Assembly (NCBI RefSeq): GCF_009914755.1
Contig: NC_060931.1
From: the human T2T-CHM13v2.0 reference genome, Homo sapiens
Strand: one strand, 5' to 3'
DNA length: 64,000 nucleotides
Shown here: piece after piece, positions 1 through 15,464 of the stretch
Layout: each line of letters begins with the position of its first letter
Position numbering within the stretch: the first letter of the stretch is position 1
Program-made: the position numbers and the translations under genes
The notes under the pieces: generated by a model
Database searches by the model: none
Told to the model about the DNA's origin: nothing
Seen by the model: the letters and a program-made list of their open reading frames with translations, nothing else

Positions 1-214
1 TGTGCTTTAGGGAAATTTTTCTGAGTTTTGTGTAAGATGGATTTGAAAAGCAAGGGTATAGAGATAGAGGGGAGAGAGACATTAAGTGCCTGAATCAGGG
101 GACAGGGAAGGAAAATGGAGAGGAAGGAACAGATTAAGAGATAGTAAAGAGGTAAACTTGATAAGACTTTGGCCACTGATTGGCTATAGAAGAAGAAATA
201 CAGATTGAAATTAG

Positions 215-640
<426 letters not shown>

Positions 641-1993
641 TGAATCTTCATTCTGTCATCAAAAAATCTTAGCTATTCCTGTAAGTTCCTTGTCTTCCTT
701 GATTACATAAGCAATCTTTTTTTTATGCATGTCATTGAAAAAATGTCCAACAGCATAGGACTAAGTTGAGAATTGGGGAGCTATACCTCCTGACACTTCC
801 TTGTATGTTGACATCTGTATATTACTTAGTGTCTCAGGAGTTCATATGTTTTTCTAACTAGGAACCTGGGCTTTAGCTCAAGAGCAGGCCCTACAGCTTA
901 AGTTTAAATGCCAGCTTTTCTACCTACTATTTATATGACACTGAAAAGCTCCTCAGCCTCTCTGCCTTGATTTCCTCATCTGCAAAAAGGTAATAATAGT
1001 CCTTTCCTCAAAGCGTTGTTTCAAAAATTGTCAATCTTTTATAACTGGTTTTAGCGAAGTGATATGCTCCCCCAAAAATGATTTGCTGCTATTTTGATAA
1101 TGATAATAATGGTAATGACAGTGATTGCCTTTACCAGTTCCCATGACACTATTCCACATATTTCATAATCTGCCCTATAAAAGATTGATCAGGTTTCTTG
1201 CTGGTGTCTTCCCAGCCTGATTCTTTTAATGCAGCCAACCCTTCCTCATGTTGGCATGCAGGCCTGTTATGGACAATACTAGATATTTGTTCAAGAATCC
1301 TCCCATCCCTTTACTGTTAGGACCCACTTCTCCCAACTGAAGCATTCCTTAAGAACTCTCTTCTTGGGCAGCTTTCAAATTACCTTTGGAAACAAGATCA
1401 AGATAACCAAGAGCCAAATTTACCACCGCCCCAGTCAGTTAGGAAAGGATCATGTGACCTATTCTTCGTGAGATCCTCCTAGCTTCTAGTGAGTACCACT
1501 TTCTAATTATTCATGAACTATGTTTTAATTATCTGTTCAGAATTTTGCCTACAATTCCAAATTCACCTCATTTCTGTAATTTACGTTGCTTTTCTTTTAT
1601 GAACATCAGGGATTTGCTCCCAGGCATTTTCTCCTGTGTGTCAGGATACCTTCAAAAATGATCAGCAGTGGTTCTGTGATTCCATGCTTTGAATTATTTC
1701 GGCATCACAAGATCCTTCCCTAAATTTGTTAAACCTTTCAGGAATTTTTTTGATCTCAATAACCATTAACAAACACAGTGGATCACTGCATCTTTAAAAC
1801 AATTTATTCACTTGGTTTCTAGAATTCCATTTATTCAACAAATATTTATTGAGTGCTAGTACAAGAGTTTGTAGATATAACAGTGAACTAAGCAGATTAA
1901 ATATCTGCTTTCATGGGGTTTATGTTCTGTTGTGAATGGGAGAGGGGAGATAGACAATAAATGAATGTAATACATAAACATAAAGAATTTTAG

Positions 1994-2632
<639 letters not shown>

Positions 2633-3358
2633 CTAGGGATGCTGAGTACTACTCTGAGTGAAATGAGAAGCCATTACAAGGATTGTGCGTAGGAGCAGCA
2701 TGATCTTACATATATTTTAAATTTTAAGTATTGAAAATAGGCTTTAGGTAGTCAAGGATGGAAGCAGTGAGACCACCTAAAGGCCAGAGTGGTAACCCAG
2801 GTGAGAAATGAAGACTCTTTGCACTGTTGGTAGCAGCAGAGATGGAGGGAACTGGGTGAACTCTGAATGTATTTGAAGGACCAGCCAGCTGAATTCCCTG
2901 CCAGATTGAAGATAGGGTGTGAGAGAAAGAAAGGTGTCAAAAATAACTCTCAGGATTTTATATTTGAGCAGTGAAAAGATGGATGGAGTTGCCAGCTATT
3001 GTGACGGAGGATGCTGCAGGTCTAGGCAAGCAGATCAGTGCTTAAATTTGGAGTGTCTCTTAGCCATGTGGGGGAGGGAGTTAGACATATGCATCAAAAC
3101 AAGAGAGGTCTGGCCTGGAGATAGATATTTGGCAGCCATCAACATATAAATAGTATAGCTAAATGGAATTTAAAACTATGGGACTAGATGAAATCTTCAC
3201 AGGAGGGAGTATACTCATGGCAAAGAAGAGGACCGTGGACTTTTATGAAGTTTGCAAGATGACGAGAAACCATCAAAGGACATTGACAAGCAGCAGCCAG
3301 TGAAGGAGGAGGAAAATCTAGAAAATACAGTGTTGTAGTGTTGCCAGCATTAGAACTC

Positions 3359-3404
3359 AGCACGGACTGAGTGATAAATGTAGCACGGACTGAGTGATAA
3401 ATGT
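3359..3404. repeat. Perfect tandem duplication, 23 bp x2
   Basis: agcacggactgagtgataaatgt occurs twice, head to tail. Confidence 0.95.
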
Positions 3405-5734
3405 AAACATTTTTGTGGAGTAGTAGGGATGAAAACTGGATGGGTGTGGCCTTAAAAAAGAGACTGGGAGTAGAGGAAGGGTAAATAGAGGCAAAACTTT
3501 TGCACTGAGTTTTGCAGCAAAGGCGAACAGAGAAATGGCATAGTGGCTGGAGAAATGAGGTCACAGGAAGGTTTTTTTGTTTTATGTGTTTTTTAAATCG
3601 AAGAAATAAGTACATATTTGTATTTGAAGAAAAGGACTTGGGAAGAATGAAAATTTGGTGATGTAAGAAAGAAAGGGGAAAATCCCTGAAATTATGTTTT
3701 TGGCCAGGGAAGTAGCGGTGGAGGAGGGGTGTGCAACTGGAGTGATTGGTTTAGGCGGGAACATGGATAGTTTTGCCTGCGCTGTCTGTCCGTTCTATAG
3801 GAATTGTGTTATTTTTCTGTCATTCATATTTTACCGCTTTGTCCAAACAGCAAACTCTATCTCTCTTGGACTACTACTCTGGAACATGGCCATTGCTTTG
3901 GTTTTTGACATATTCTGGTCATCAGGAGCATTTTGATTCCTTCCCGTAAGAAACTCTACTGCTGTGGCATCTCTGCTAGCCACAGTCTCTGAAATGGTGT
4001 CCACCTGTTGGTGCCCACTGTCACATCTCAGGGGATTATCTGGGAGGGATCTACCATAGTTGCTGAATGATGGACCTGGGTTAAATTTTTCTCAGGATTG
4101 GGAAAAGTATTCTTTGAGGCTTTGAAAGGGAATAAATAGAAAATCATCTTTCTGGTTGTTATACAACAATGCACACTCAAAGGCACAACACATGCCCCCA
4201 CGGTGCTGTTGCTGCTGGTTAATCAGCGTATTCAGGTTTCTGGAGAAAGTGTTGTCTTATTGTATGACTCTGAAGATTCAAAGTGTCCTTACTTCCTCTC
4301 TTCCCATTTATTGCCCTCCCCCAGATTGGCACCTGCTGAGGACTAATTAGGGCAGTCCTAATTTGGACGGCCAAATCCTGATTACAGTGAGGGGAAAAAC
4401 AGGAAATGTTCTAGTTTTGCTGCCAGCAAATGACTGACTTAAATAGAAAGCCATATACAATTCAAGTGATCCAAAATGGTATAACACTGGGGAAGGAGGA
4501 AGGGAGCAGGAAGACATTGCACTCTGATTTTCTCCCATGTGATCCTCAGCAGATATCCTTCAGAGAAATCATCAAATCTAGAAACTCACAATGCCCTCTG
4601 CTGAGGGTTGGCTTGTTTTCCAAGCTTCCCATGAAAACCTGGGCAGCTCCTGGGAGCTTAGAGATCTGAGGAAAGGTGAAAAACATATCACCTTTCTATG
4701 AGTACCTCACTCTAGAGACAGACTGTGCCTCAGGTAATGTCAGGTTACATGCTTTGGATAAAGAGGGGTTTCCTAAACAGGGAAATGAGGGCTAGAAGTC
4801 TTTTCCCTAATTATCCACACCCCTTGGGGCTTAAAGGGAAACTCAGCTGTGAATTCTGTACTGCTCCTCATTAGGAATCAGGCACTTGGCCCATGAGTTG
4901 CCTACTTCCAAGCAGAGTGCTTCCCTCCCCTTGCCTGTCCTCTGTCCTGAGATCCAACCAGCAGCTCATGTGTCCCAAAATAATAATTTAAAGATTGGAA
5001 ATCGCAGTTTTCGGAAGTTTCTCTCTGTTCCAATTTACTATCAGTTCATTAATCAATTTTTTTTTCTTGGAGGTGGGGGATAAGGAGGCTCTCTGCCTTG
5101 TGTTGGGCCTGGCAGAGAATACAAATAAAACCTCTTCCCTAGTGTTAGAGGCTCAGTTGGTTTGAGTTGATTTAAGACATAAGCATGTTACCTTTAGCAC
5201 ACCCCTTTCACAACTTCAGAGAGGAGCTAGAACTCATGCTGGACATGAAGAAAGAGTGAGAGGAGGAGAAGCCTGCACTCGCTGATGGCAGACATCAGAG
5301 CTGGCACGGGGCTAGGCAGCTTGTTGACCCTCGGTATGCTCATTGAGGAAATTTCTACCAGACTGAACAGGACGAGCAAGCAGTGGAGCAGCATGGACGA
5401 CCATGGTGCGTGGGAGAAAGGTTGAGAAATCACAGTGACTAGAGTGGACAGTGTGGTTGGGTAGAAATGGGCAGGAAAGGAGAAATTTCTTGTATTAGGT
5501 AAAAGAGTGCTTTCATAGGTCTTGGTAAGAAGGAGTACGTGATCAAAGTGGTGTTTTATGATCTCACTGGCCCCACTGTGCTAAATAGCACAGACTAGAC
5601 ACTAGGAACTCTGGTGGCTTCTGAAGCCCTTCAGGTTTCCTGTGTAGCCAGAGGCCAGGGTCCTATAGGAATGAGACTCTCCTTGAGCTGGCCTTGGAGC
5701 TTTTGCCAACCTAACTTAACTTTGAACCTCAGAG

Positions 5735-6492
<758 letters not shown>

Positions 6493-6975
6493 AGAACGGC
6501 CAAGGGTGTATACCAGGGAAACCCTCTGCAAGCTCCAGCTTGTGATCTGTCTCTTGAAGCTATGTTATCTCCTAACACTGATATATATTCATTTCTATTA
6601 AACATTAAATAAGTACCAAAAACATTATAAAATATACACAATATCTGTTTCATAGAGGGCATTCAGCAAGTGAGCTTTTATTGTGTGCTCCTATAATTTA
6701 TTATGTGTAACTTTATGCTGGTATTTATTCCATTGTATTGTAATTTAGACTTTTAAAATATATTATTTCATTAGTTATTGGTTTAACTGTCTTTCTTTAA
6801 AAAAAAATATTGTTTTTCAATTGTAGCTTCACATCAAGGTTATTTGGGGAAACTTCAAAACATACATCCTGGGTTTTCCATACTAGGTCCACTGAGAGTT
6901 GGGCCCGGGCAAGTTTAGTTTAAAAATATCCTCAAAGTGATTGTCATGTGTTACTGGTTAGAAATCACTGATCTG

Positions 6976-7316
6976 GGCCAGGCAGGCAGGGTGGCTCACA
7001 CCTGTAATCTCAGCACTTTGGGTGGCCTAGGTGGGTGGATCACCTTGAGGTCAGGATTTCGAGACCAGCCTGGCCAACATGGTAAAACCCCGTCTCTACT
7101 AAATATACAAAAATTAGCTGGGCATGGTGGCAGGTTCCTGTAATCCCATCTACTCAGGAGGCTGAGGCAGGAGAATCGCTTGAACCTGGGAGGCAGAGGT
7201 TGCAGTGAGGACTCAGTCTGGAAAGAAAGAGAGAGAAGAAGGAGGAAGAGGAGGAAGAGGAGGAGGAAGAGGAGGAGAAGGAGAGAGAAAGAAGGAGGGG
7301 AAGGAGGGAGGGAGGG
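6976..7316 (+). mobile_element. Alu with right-arm deletion and GA-rich tail, inserted at the end of a MER5-like relic
   Basis: TSD agaaatcactg(a/c)tctg at 6960-6975 and 7317-7332. Confidence 0.9.
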
Positions 7317-7320
7317 AGAA
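7221..7320. repeat. Polypurine (GA-rich) low-complexity tract
   Basis: 100 nt of only G and A. Confidence 0.95.
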
Positions 7321-8267
7321 ATCACTGCTCTGAACTCTTAGCTTCCAGAAGTTATTATGTCATTTTCCACACACCTGTCTGCAGTATCTTGCATGGTGTC
7401 TCTGTATAGGCCTTGCACTCTTGTTTTTTGATCAAGTGAATCCCTTCACTCATCCTTTCCAGTACATATCAGTTGCCCTTCTGGCCAAATACAGATGCTG
7501 CCCACCTAACCAGTTGTCCTACAAATTCTGTAGCAAGCAGCCAGTCCTCATTTCTCCTACCCAACTCACTCTACCATAATCAGATAGGAGTCTGTTGCAG
7601 TGACCTTGACACAAAGTAACAAGGACCTAGACTGGAAAGAAAATACTCAGTAAAGTATTAATACATAGTCTCTGTGCAAGGGACTTTATGGTCACAGCTC
7701 ATCTAGTCAGTCGCAACAGTTCTGTTGAATTAGATTCTCTGCCTTTCAGATGAAGAAACAGAGGTTCAGGAAAGTTAATAACGTGGCAAAGGCCACAGAG
7801 CATAAAGTAGTAGTGCACATGTGAAAAGCACTAGCTCTGTCTCAGTCTTCAGCCCAAAGGAGAGGCAATGGAATTAAAGAGGAAATAGGAAACCTGAAAA
7901 ATGCTTCACATGCTTTAGAGAGACAGTGTAATGACTAGGAAAATAGACTGCAGAACAGCGGGTCTGGGTTCATTTCAGGTTCTACCTTGCTAGTTGGCTG
8001 ACCACCATCCAGTTCCCAGCCTTCTGTGCCTCTGTATTTCGCCTATCAAATGGAAGTAATAATAGTACCTACCACGCAGGGTGGTTGTGAGGATTAAAAG
8101 TTTATATATGCCAAATGCTCAGAAGAATGCATAGCTCATGGAAAAGGTTAAATTGTCAGCCAATACAATTATTTATTGTTGCTGCAATTGGTGTTTTGTA
8201 TTATTGACTTTTAAATTAATTCATTGATGATATTATTGATATTCAATAAGAAGACAGTACAAGAAAG

Positions 8268-8529
8268 TTTTTTTAATTTTTTTATTATCATACTTTAAGT
8301 GCTGGGCTACATGTGCAGAACATGCAGGTTTATTACATCAGTATACACGGGCCGTGGTGGTGTGCTGCACCCATCATCCTGTCATCTACATTAGGTATTT
8401 CTCCTAACGCTCTCCCTCCCCTAGCCCCCTAACTCCCGACAGGCCCCAGTGTGTCATGTTCCCCTCCATGTGTCCATGTGTTCTCATTGTTCAACTCCCA
8501 CTTATGAGTGAGAACATGCGGTGTGTGGT
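8268..8529 (-). mobile_element. L1PA7-like 3' UTR fragment (5' truncated)
   Basis: tactttaagt...tacatgtgcagaac...ttatgagtgagaacatgcgg; degenerate TSD (agaaag). Confidence 0.88.
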
Positions 8530-8579
8530 CCAGAAAGATATTTTTATGTCGTTTGTTATTTTCCTGGCGTTTTGTGCTT

Positions 8580-9270
8580 CAGTTATGTCATTCATTCCTT
8601 CAATCTGTTACTCATTCAAAAATCATTTATTAAGCACTTCTAGGAGCCAGCGTTATTCTAGGGCTAAAGGTGAAGAAGTGAATTGACTAGGTAAGGTCCT
8701 TGCTTTCGTGGATTTTACACCTTAATGGAGGGAGCTAGATAATAATCAAGTGGAAATAAACAATAAATTTCTCATTAATAAGGATGATGTGATTAAACAA
8801 AACAACAGGTTCAAGTGAGGAGAGTAGGTTCAGGGAAGACGCCGCAGAGGACGTGGCATTTGAGCTCAGTTCTAAAGGATGAGAAGGAGCCATGTGGAAA
8901 TGTGGGAAAGAGCACTCCAGGTGGAGAAAGGAGCAAGTCCGAAGATGGGAACTAGCTTGAATTCAGGTTAATGAGCAAAGAGAATGAATACTGAGTGACA
9001 TTAGACAGGTAGAGGGGTCGGATCATTTGGGTCATTTCTGGCTGCACATGAGAATCACATGGGAGCTTAAAACATAGCCAGACTGAGCCCCACTTCAGAC
9101 TGTGAAACTGATGTATTTTTAAAATGCTTCCCAGGTGTTTTCATGTGCAGTCAGGATTAAGAACCATTGATAAAGGATCTTGAGGCTAGAGAATTTGAAT
9201 TTTATTCTCAGTTCAGTGGGAAGACATGCAAGGTTTAAATAGGGAGTCATCTGATCTGAGATCTACTTAT
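8580..9270 (-). mobile_element. L2 relic with an embedded MER5-like fragment (approximate)
   Basis: cattcattc...catttattaagcac tail motif; MER5-like ggctgcacatgagaatcac near 9040-9170. Confidence 0.6.
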
Positions 9271-9349
9271 AAAGATCTTAATGATATTCAAACACAGACT
9301 ATATTTAAATTTGCTTTATTATAAGAAAAATCTGAACATTGACGGTTGA

Positions 9350-9727
<378 letters not shown>

Positions 9728-11316
9728 TAAGTGTCAAACAGTTATGATCCTTCATATGAGAACTTGTCTATTTAAAGGTTGTTACTAAATTATCCCCAAG
9801 AGTTACCTTCTGTAAACTGTCATTGCAAAGCCTTTTTCCCTTGGTCCTCTTGGATGGTTTCTGTTTTCCATGGGCCTTCTCCAGAGTTATCAGAAGTTGT
9901 CATTCTCAGGTAGACATATACACTATCATAAAGCTCTCTGACCAGCATTGAGTATGGTGTCAAAGATGTTCTGATGTTTCTTTCCTCTTTTCCTATGTAT
10001 GTTGCTCCATCTTAACTGACTTTTTGGTTTTGTTTTTGTGTTTGTTTTGTTTTATTTGGCAGCATAATACTATTATCTTTGCATCCCTAATTGTCATTAT
10101 CACTTGTGTTGCTGGACATTTCACTGCGGTTTCGTCTGCTGCAGGTCCAGTCATTCACAGTCTAAATTGGACGACGGCACTTTAATTTGGACCAGTCTTG
10201 TCCAAGGTTCATTTGTTGAGCTTGGCTCCTAGTTTTTGAAGTATCTTGAAAGATTCAGTCTGGGAAAGTACACATCATGCCCTGTCTGTCACCAAACAAT
10301 TGAATCCAATTAGCCCCACCTGCACCTGGTTGTTTACCTAATGAAAGACTCAGCACCCCAGCTGTGTCCAGGGACCATGCACACCCGCACTTCCCAACTG
10401 TTCCAGAGAGGAAGCGGTACACATCAGAGCCAGGCGACACCAGCAGATGTTTTCTGAATGAAATTCACTCAGCTGTATCTCGAGGGTGGACCTTTCTCTT
10501 GGCAGCCTCATCACCTGTACCAAAAGGTACACCTATTTTCCTCTTCCTCTTGGGAACAGATACAAATAGTTACACAGTTGGCTCTGTCTGTGGCTCATTG
10601 AGCTGTGAATTAATGAGTACATTATGGTTCTGGTAGGGATGATTAACCTTGCTTCTCCTATGGAATAATTTTTGGACATGTAGCTCTCCTTTTTTGAGGC
10701 TATTTGGATATGTCCTGGAATTCTGTAACCCACATGATCTGGTTTACCAGAAAATCAAAAACAAATAAATGCAATTAGTCAGGGTGGACTTGCCACTTGA
10801 GTAAAAAATTTTCTTTAGGGTAATTGTTTATTGCTGATCAATGCCAGTATTTCAAATTAGAATATTTGGAATTACTTTTGGGATTGGTGTTCATTCCAAA
10901 TGTACTAACGTATTTATTGTTGAGGGCAGTATGTTAGTAGCCTTTTCATTCATTTGGATGACTATTTTTTAATAAAATGGGATCGATGCATATTAGAGAT
11001 AATGTAATCTTGAATTACTGAATTAATCCAGTCCTTTAAAAATATGTAAGTAAATAATGTGGGTACCTTTAATGTCATCCAACCTAACCTAATTTTTTTA
11101 TTTCAGCTAATGCTAAAATGGAAAATTCTAGCCCTTCAAAATGTACGGTACCATCTCACACCTACAGATCCAACTATTTCCTGAACCTGAGGGCAGATAT
11201 GGGCCAGCATGGATGCGCTCAAAGACGTAGATGCTGACAAAATGAGTTGGGCTTGGGCTTCTCGCTCTGTGGAACAGAATTTGACCTATAGTGTGGGTCT
11301 AAGAGGAATTGAACCA

Positions 11317-11435
11317 CACAGCCAAGATTCTTTCTAGATATGAGTGGTGAAATGTCCCACAGCCAAGATTCTTTCTAGATATGAATGGTGAAATCTCCCA
11401 CAGCCAAGATTCTTTCTAGATATGAATGGTGAAAT
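11317..11435. repeat. Minisatellite, 41 bp x ~2.9
   Basis: cacagccaagattctttctagatatga(g/a)tggtgaaat(g/c)tcc starting at 11317, 11358 and 11399. Confidence 0.95.
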
Positions 11436-11590
11436 TGAAATTTTGTATAATTTCCACATGTCACAAAATATTGTTCTTTTAGTTTTTTAAAAACCATTTT
11501 AAAATGTCAACACCATTGTTAGCTTACAGGACATACAAAGACAGCTGATGGGTAGGTTTGGCCCACAGGTCATGGTTTGCCCACCCCATT
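11436..11590. mobile_element. MER58-like hAT fragment
   Basis: tcacaaaatattg...tttggcccacaggtcatggtttgcccacccc resembles a MER58B terminus. Confidence 0.6.
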
Positions 11591-12059
11591 GTATTAGACA
11601 GAGTGCTAATTGGGAAGTTATGGATAAGTGCAAAAGGAGGGGTTTTGTTTGTTTTGTTTCCAAAGGGAGAGATCATTGTAGGCTGACATAGTCAACAAAT
11701 TCTTCACAGAGAAAGTGAGTTTTTGAGGAGACTTTCCAATAATAGGCCACCTAGGAATAAGTAGCGTAGAAGGGAAAGGCTTGTCAATAATCGCTCTTTG
11801 GTTCATTTGTTTTATGAGTCAGGACTATTTTACGTTGGGGTTTTTCAAAGAGGGACACACCTGTATTCCTTACCTGATTTGTATTGAATCCAGAGAGGCA
11901 TGGTGAAGGGCATGGCACAGAGTGATCTTTGATTTGGTTAAATACCAAATGACTTGACAGCTCATCAAAGTTGTTTAGAGCAGAGAATAAAACGGAAACC
12001 ATTAAGATGCTTTTAGTGTAATAAGTTATCTAGACTTTTGAAATTGAAGAGGGCTTCTT

Positions 12060-13560
12060 TTTATCTCTACTTCAGTTCTTATATGCCTTCTAAATACCAG
12101 GTATTGTGGTAGGCACTAGGGACACAAAAACTAAGAAGAAATCGACTCTGTCCTCATAGAACTCATCATCCAGTATGGGATTCCAGCTTGCAAAAAAGTG
12201 TAGTAGGACCAGTTAAAATAGACGTTGGCAAACGCAAAGGTTGTGGCCCTTGAGTGCACATTTAAATCACATGGGAAACTCCAAAAATTTCTGTTGCTTG
12301 GGTCCCGCAGCCCAGAGATTGTGATTTACTTGGTCTTGGGTATGGCTTGGGCATCTGGTTTTTAAAATAGCTTCCCCAAGTGATTCTAATCTTTAGTCAA
12401 GGTTGAAAACCTCTGGTATAGGGGTGATGAGGCACAAAAAAAGAGGACTCAGATGTACCAAGGGAGGAGCTGGGGCAATGCTTGACAAGTAGAGGCAAAC
12501 AAGGAGGATGAGAAAAAGGCTTTCTAGGCTGAGATGACACACAGAAGCAGGAAATAATAGATCCCATTTGGAAAACTTTGGAATACTCATCATGGGTAGT
12601 GTGTTCAACCAGCATGGGCAAGAGATTGGCTAGGAATCGTGAACAGACACAAAGGAGAAAAGGAATAGCAGGAGATAAAGCTGAAAAGATAGATGTTCAT
12701 GCCTTGCTAAGTCTAGCCTTGGTCTTACCTGGAATTAGAAGTCACTGAAGACTTGTAGGAAGGGTTATAACATGATTGGATGTGTAGTTTAGAAAAATGA
12801 CTCATCTGACTGATGTGGTGAGTTCAACTGATGGTCTTGTAGCTGCAGGCGAGAAGCCCAGTTACAAGGTTATTGCCAAGTCCAGGTGAAAAAAGATGAG
12901 GGTTTAAATATAGGTTAATAGCAGTGAACCTGGACAGGAAATGACAGATTTATTAAGATATTAAGGAGATGGAATTGGCAGGATGTGGTGACTGGGTAAT
13001 TAGGATGACTCTGCATTCCTGAGTTGAATAACAGGATGGCTTGAATAGGGAACATTAGATGCTCAGTGGTAGAGAGAGAGAGAGAGAAGTAGTTAGTAAA
13101 TTGAGTTCCTCTTGACTCATTTTAACTTGAAATGCAGATGGAACTTTCAAGTAGAGTTCTACAGTAAGCCTTTGGATATGCAGACTGGAAACTTAGAAGA
13201 GAGGGCTGCCCTAGAGATAATAATTTCAGAGTCATCAGAATATAGATGGTTCAAGCTGTGCAAGAAGATGAGACTGCCCAAGTCAGCAATGCAGAATTCT
13301 GTGGAACACAGCATTTAAAGTATGGATGGAGAAAAAGAGCCATCAGTTTGGCTAAGAAAGGTTAGGATGGTAGGTAAAGAACGTGATGCGGAAAGCAAAA
13401 GAATAGTATTTCAAGAAGAGAGTAATCAAAAGTGTTGGATGCTTTAGAATAGTCAAAGAGTGCGAAGAATAAAATAAAAAGTGCTCTTGGGTTGGTGGAG
13501 CAATTTCAGTGGAGTAATGGTTCTAGAACCCTGACTGCAGTTGATTTAAGACTGGATTTT
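12060..13560 (-). mobile_element. L2 relic with embedded MER5A (~12225-12415); approximate
   Basis: L2-like ccaggtattgtggtaggcactagggacaca; MER5A-like tgcacatttaaatcacatgggaa...ggttgaaaacctctg. Confidence 0.6.
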
Positions 13561-13629
13561 GATTTCCTGTCAGAAGTTTGGTGCGAATAGATTTAAAAAG
13601 CCCTTTTCTTGTTTCTAACTTGTAGAAAT

Positions 13630-14570
13630 TCTGGATAAAAAAATTATAACTTTAAAAGTATTTTAAATATGTAACCAAACTCAAAAGGATGAAAGAGAAT
13701 TCTCCAGATGCCATGAATGAAAGAGGAATTAAAAGCCAGAAACAGACAAATGTGGAAGTTGAGTGGGCTACAGAGGTTTCAGGACCACATATAGAGGTCA
13801 AATAGAGGCTAGCATCTTGACATCTTCCAGGCAGGGAGGGAGCTTTATCTGTGCAGAAGTTATGCAAAGAACTGTTTCATTCATATTTCTTAGTTCATTC
13901 ATGAATGGAACCAAGAAAACTTGGGACTTAAGAAGGAGCTACCCAACCTGGAGTAGAAAAGTAGCCCCTAAAAGAAATCAGAATCCCACACCTCATGTGA
14001 TATGTGCAAGTAAGAACTCAATTTGTACTACCTGCGTAGGGAGAAAAAGCCTTAAGCCAAAAATAAAAAATAAAAAAGGAAAAAAAATTACAAACCTATT
14101 TGGAACCAGTGAAACTCATAGGACCCAGAAGAGGCAAATGCAGACTACGTAACAGTGATATCTTGAAAATTCTGGGCAAATGCAAGATTCCTACAGAGGA
14201 TAAGTCCCATTGAAGTAGAGCTTCCAGAACAAAGTAGCAGACCACATGAGGAAATACACCATCATGAGAAAAGAAGGCAAATGCAACAAACAGGACACTT
14301 GACATCTACAAGAACTACCAAAGAATATAAAGCCACTTCATAGAAGGAACTTAAAAATTGTGGATTTCTAAAACATTCAAGGAGATAAAGAAAAGAACAG
14401 ATTCCATGATACAAGAGCAGGACAGTTTGGAAGGGAAAAGCCAGTAGATTTGTAAAAGAGGCAAATAGAAAATCTAGAAATGAAAAATATAATAACTGCA
14501 AATTTTTCAAAAAGCAGTAGATGGGTTAAATCGTAAAGTAGACCTTGGAGAGAGATTTCATGAATGAGAG
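13630..14570 (+). mobile_element. Old L1M 5'/ORF1 relic (approximate)
   Basis: A-rich; gatgggttaaat...gtagac resembles the degraded ORF1 coiled-coil region. Confidence 0.5.
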
Positions 14571-14665
14571 GTGAGACAGTGAAGTCAATTAGTGCAGGCT
14601 GCTCCTTTGATGATTGCCTTTGAAGGAGAGGGAGCAGCTTTGTTAGAGAGGAATGCAGGGAAGAG

Positions 14666-14696
14666 ATTCATTCATTCATTCATTCATTCATTCATT
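14666..14696. repeat. (ATTC)n microsatellite
   Basis: About 7 copies of attc. Confidence 0.9.
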
Positions 14697-15323
14697 TTTA
14701 AAATAACAGAGGATTAGGGAATATATAGTGGAAAGAGTAAAAATACAGGAAAAAGGGGAGATAGGTCGGGGAGAAAAGATCCCCAAGAGCCTAACTAGAG
14801 GAATTACTGGAAATTAATGAGGATGAAGCAGATTTGAACATATTTCTGTTGGGGGTAGGAGGTCAAATATTTGAAAGTATGTAATTAGATCCCTTCCTTC
14901 TCTGTCAGATAAGAAGGATATGGGCGGTAAGCAATGAGGAGATACAGAAAGGGCAAATGTTTTTTTAAAGAAATAGCTACTAAGATAAATGGGGAGATGA
15001 ACCTGATCAGAGACAGGTATAAAGAATGTCAGAGAACATTGAGGGGTACACCTGCAACAGTCTCTTATCTGAGGTGGTACCATGCTATAAGATTGCACCT
15101 AGCAATGCAAGTATAAGATTGTAAAAGTTAGATTGTTGGATTAGTCCATAAATATTACAGAAAAGATGCAAGGAAATAACAAAAGAGGGAATAGAAAATA
15201 GTAGTAAGAAAGTAATATGAGAGATTGGAGGGAAGAAGTTTCTGTAATCCAATTTTTGTGTCTCTGACCATGGTTACTATGAGAAAACATTTGCTTATAG
15301 TGAATTAGAAGAATTCTAGAATC

Positions 15324-15386
15324 TGTTTTCCTCCTGCCTCACCTCATTTCCCATGCAAGTGTGCCTTGAGCTCAAAACTTTAGAAG
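15324..15386 (+). repeat. 63-bp dispersed direct repeat, copy 1
   Basis: 62/63 identical to 17297-17359. Confidence 0.95.
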
Positions 15387-15464
15387 AATAAGAGAGCAAA
15401 TAAATAGCTCTCTTATTTATTCTAGTTTATTTTAAAAGAACCAGGGTAATATTGTTCCCTACAA

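Noticed and set aside
3995-4020. CTCF-like ccacctgttggtgc
   Set aside because: Too many mismatches at core positions on either strand.
11317-11435. CRISPR-like appearance of the 41-bp repeats
   Set aside because: Head-to-tail repeats with no unique spacers, no cas genes, and a primate genome.
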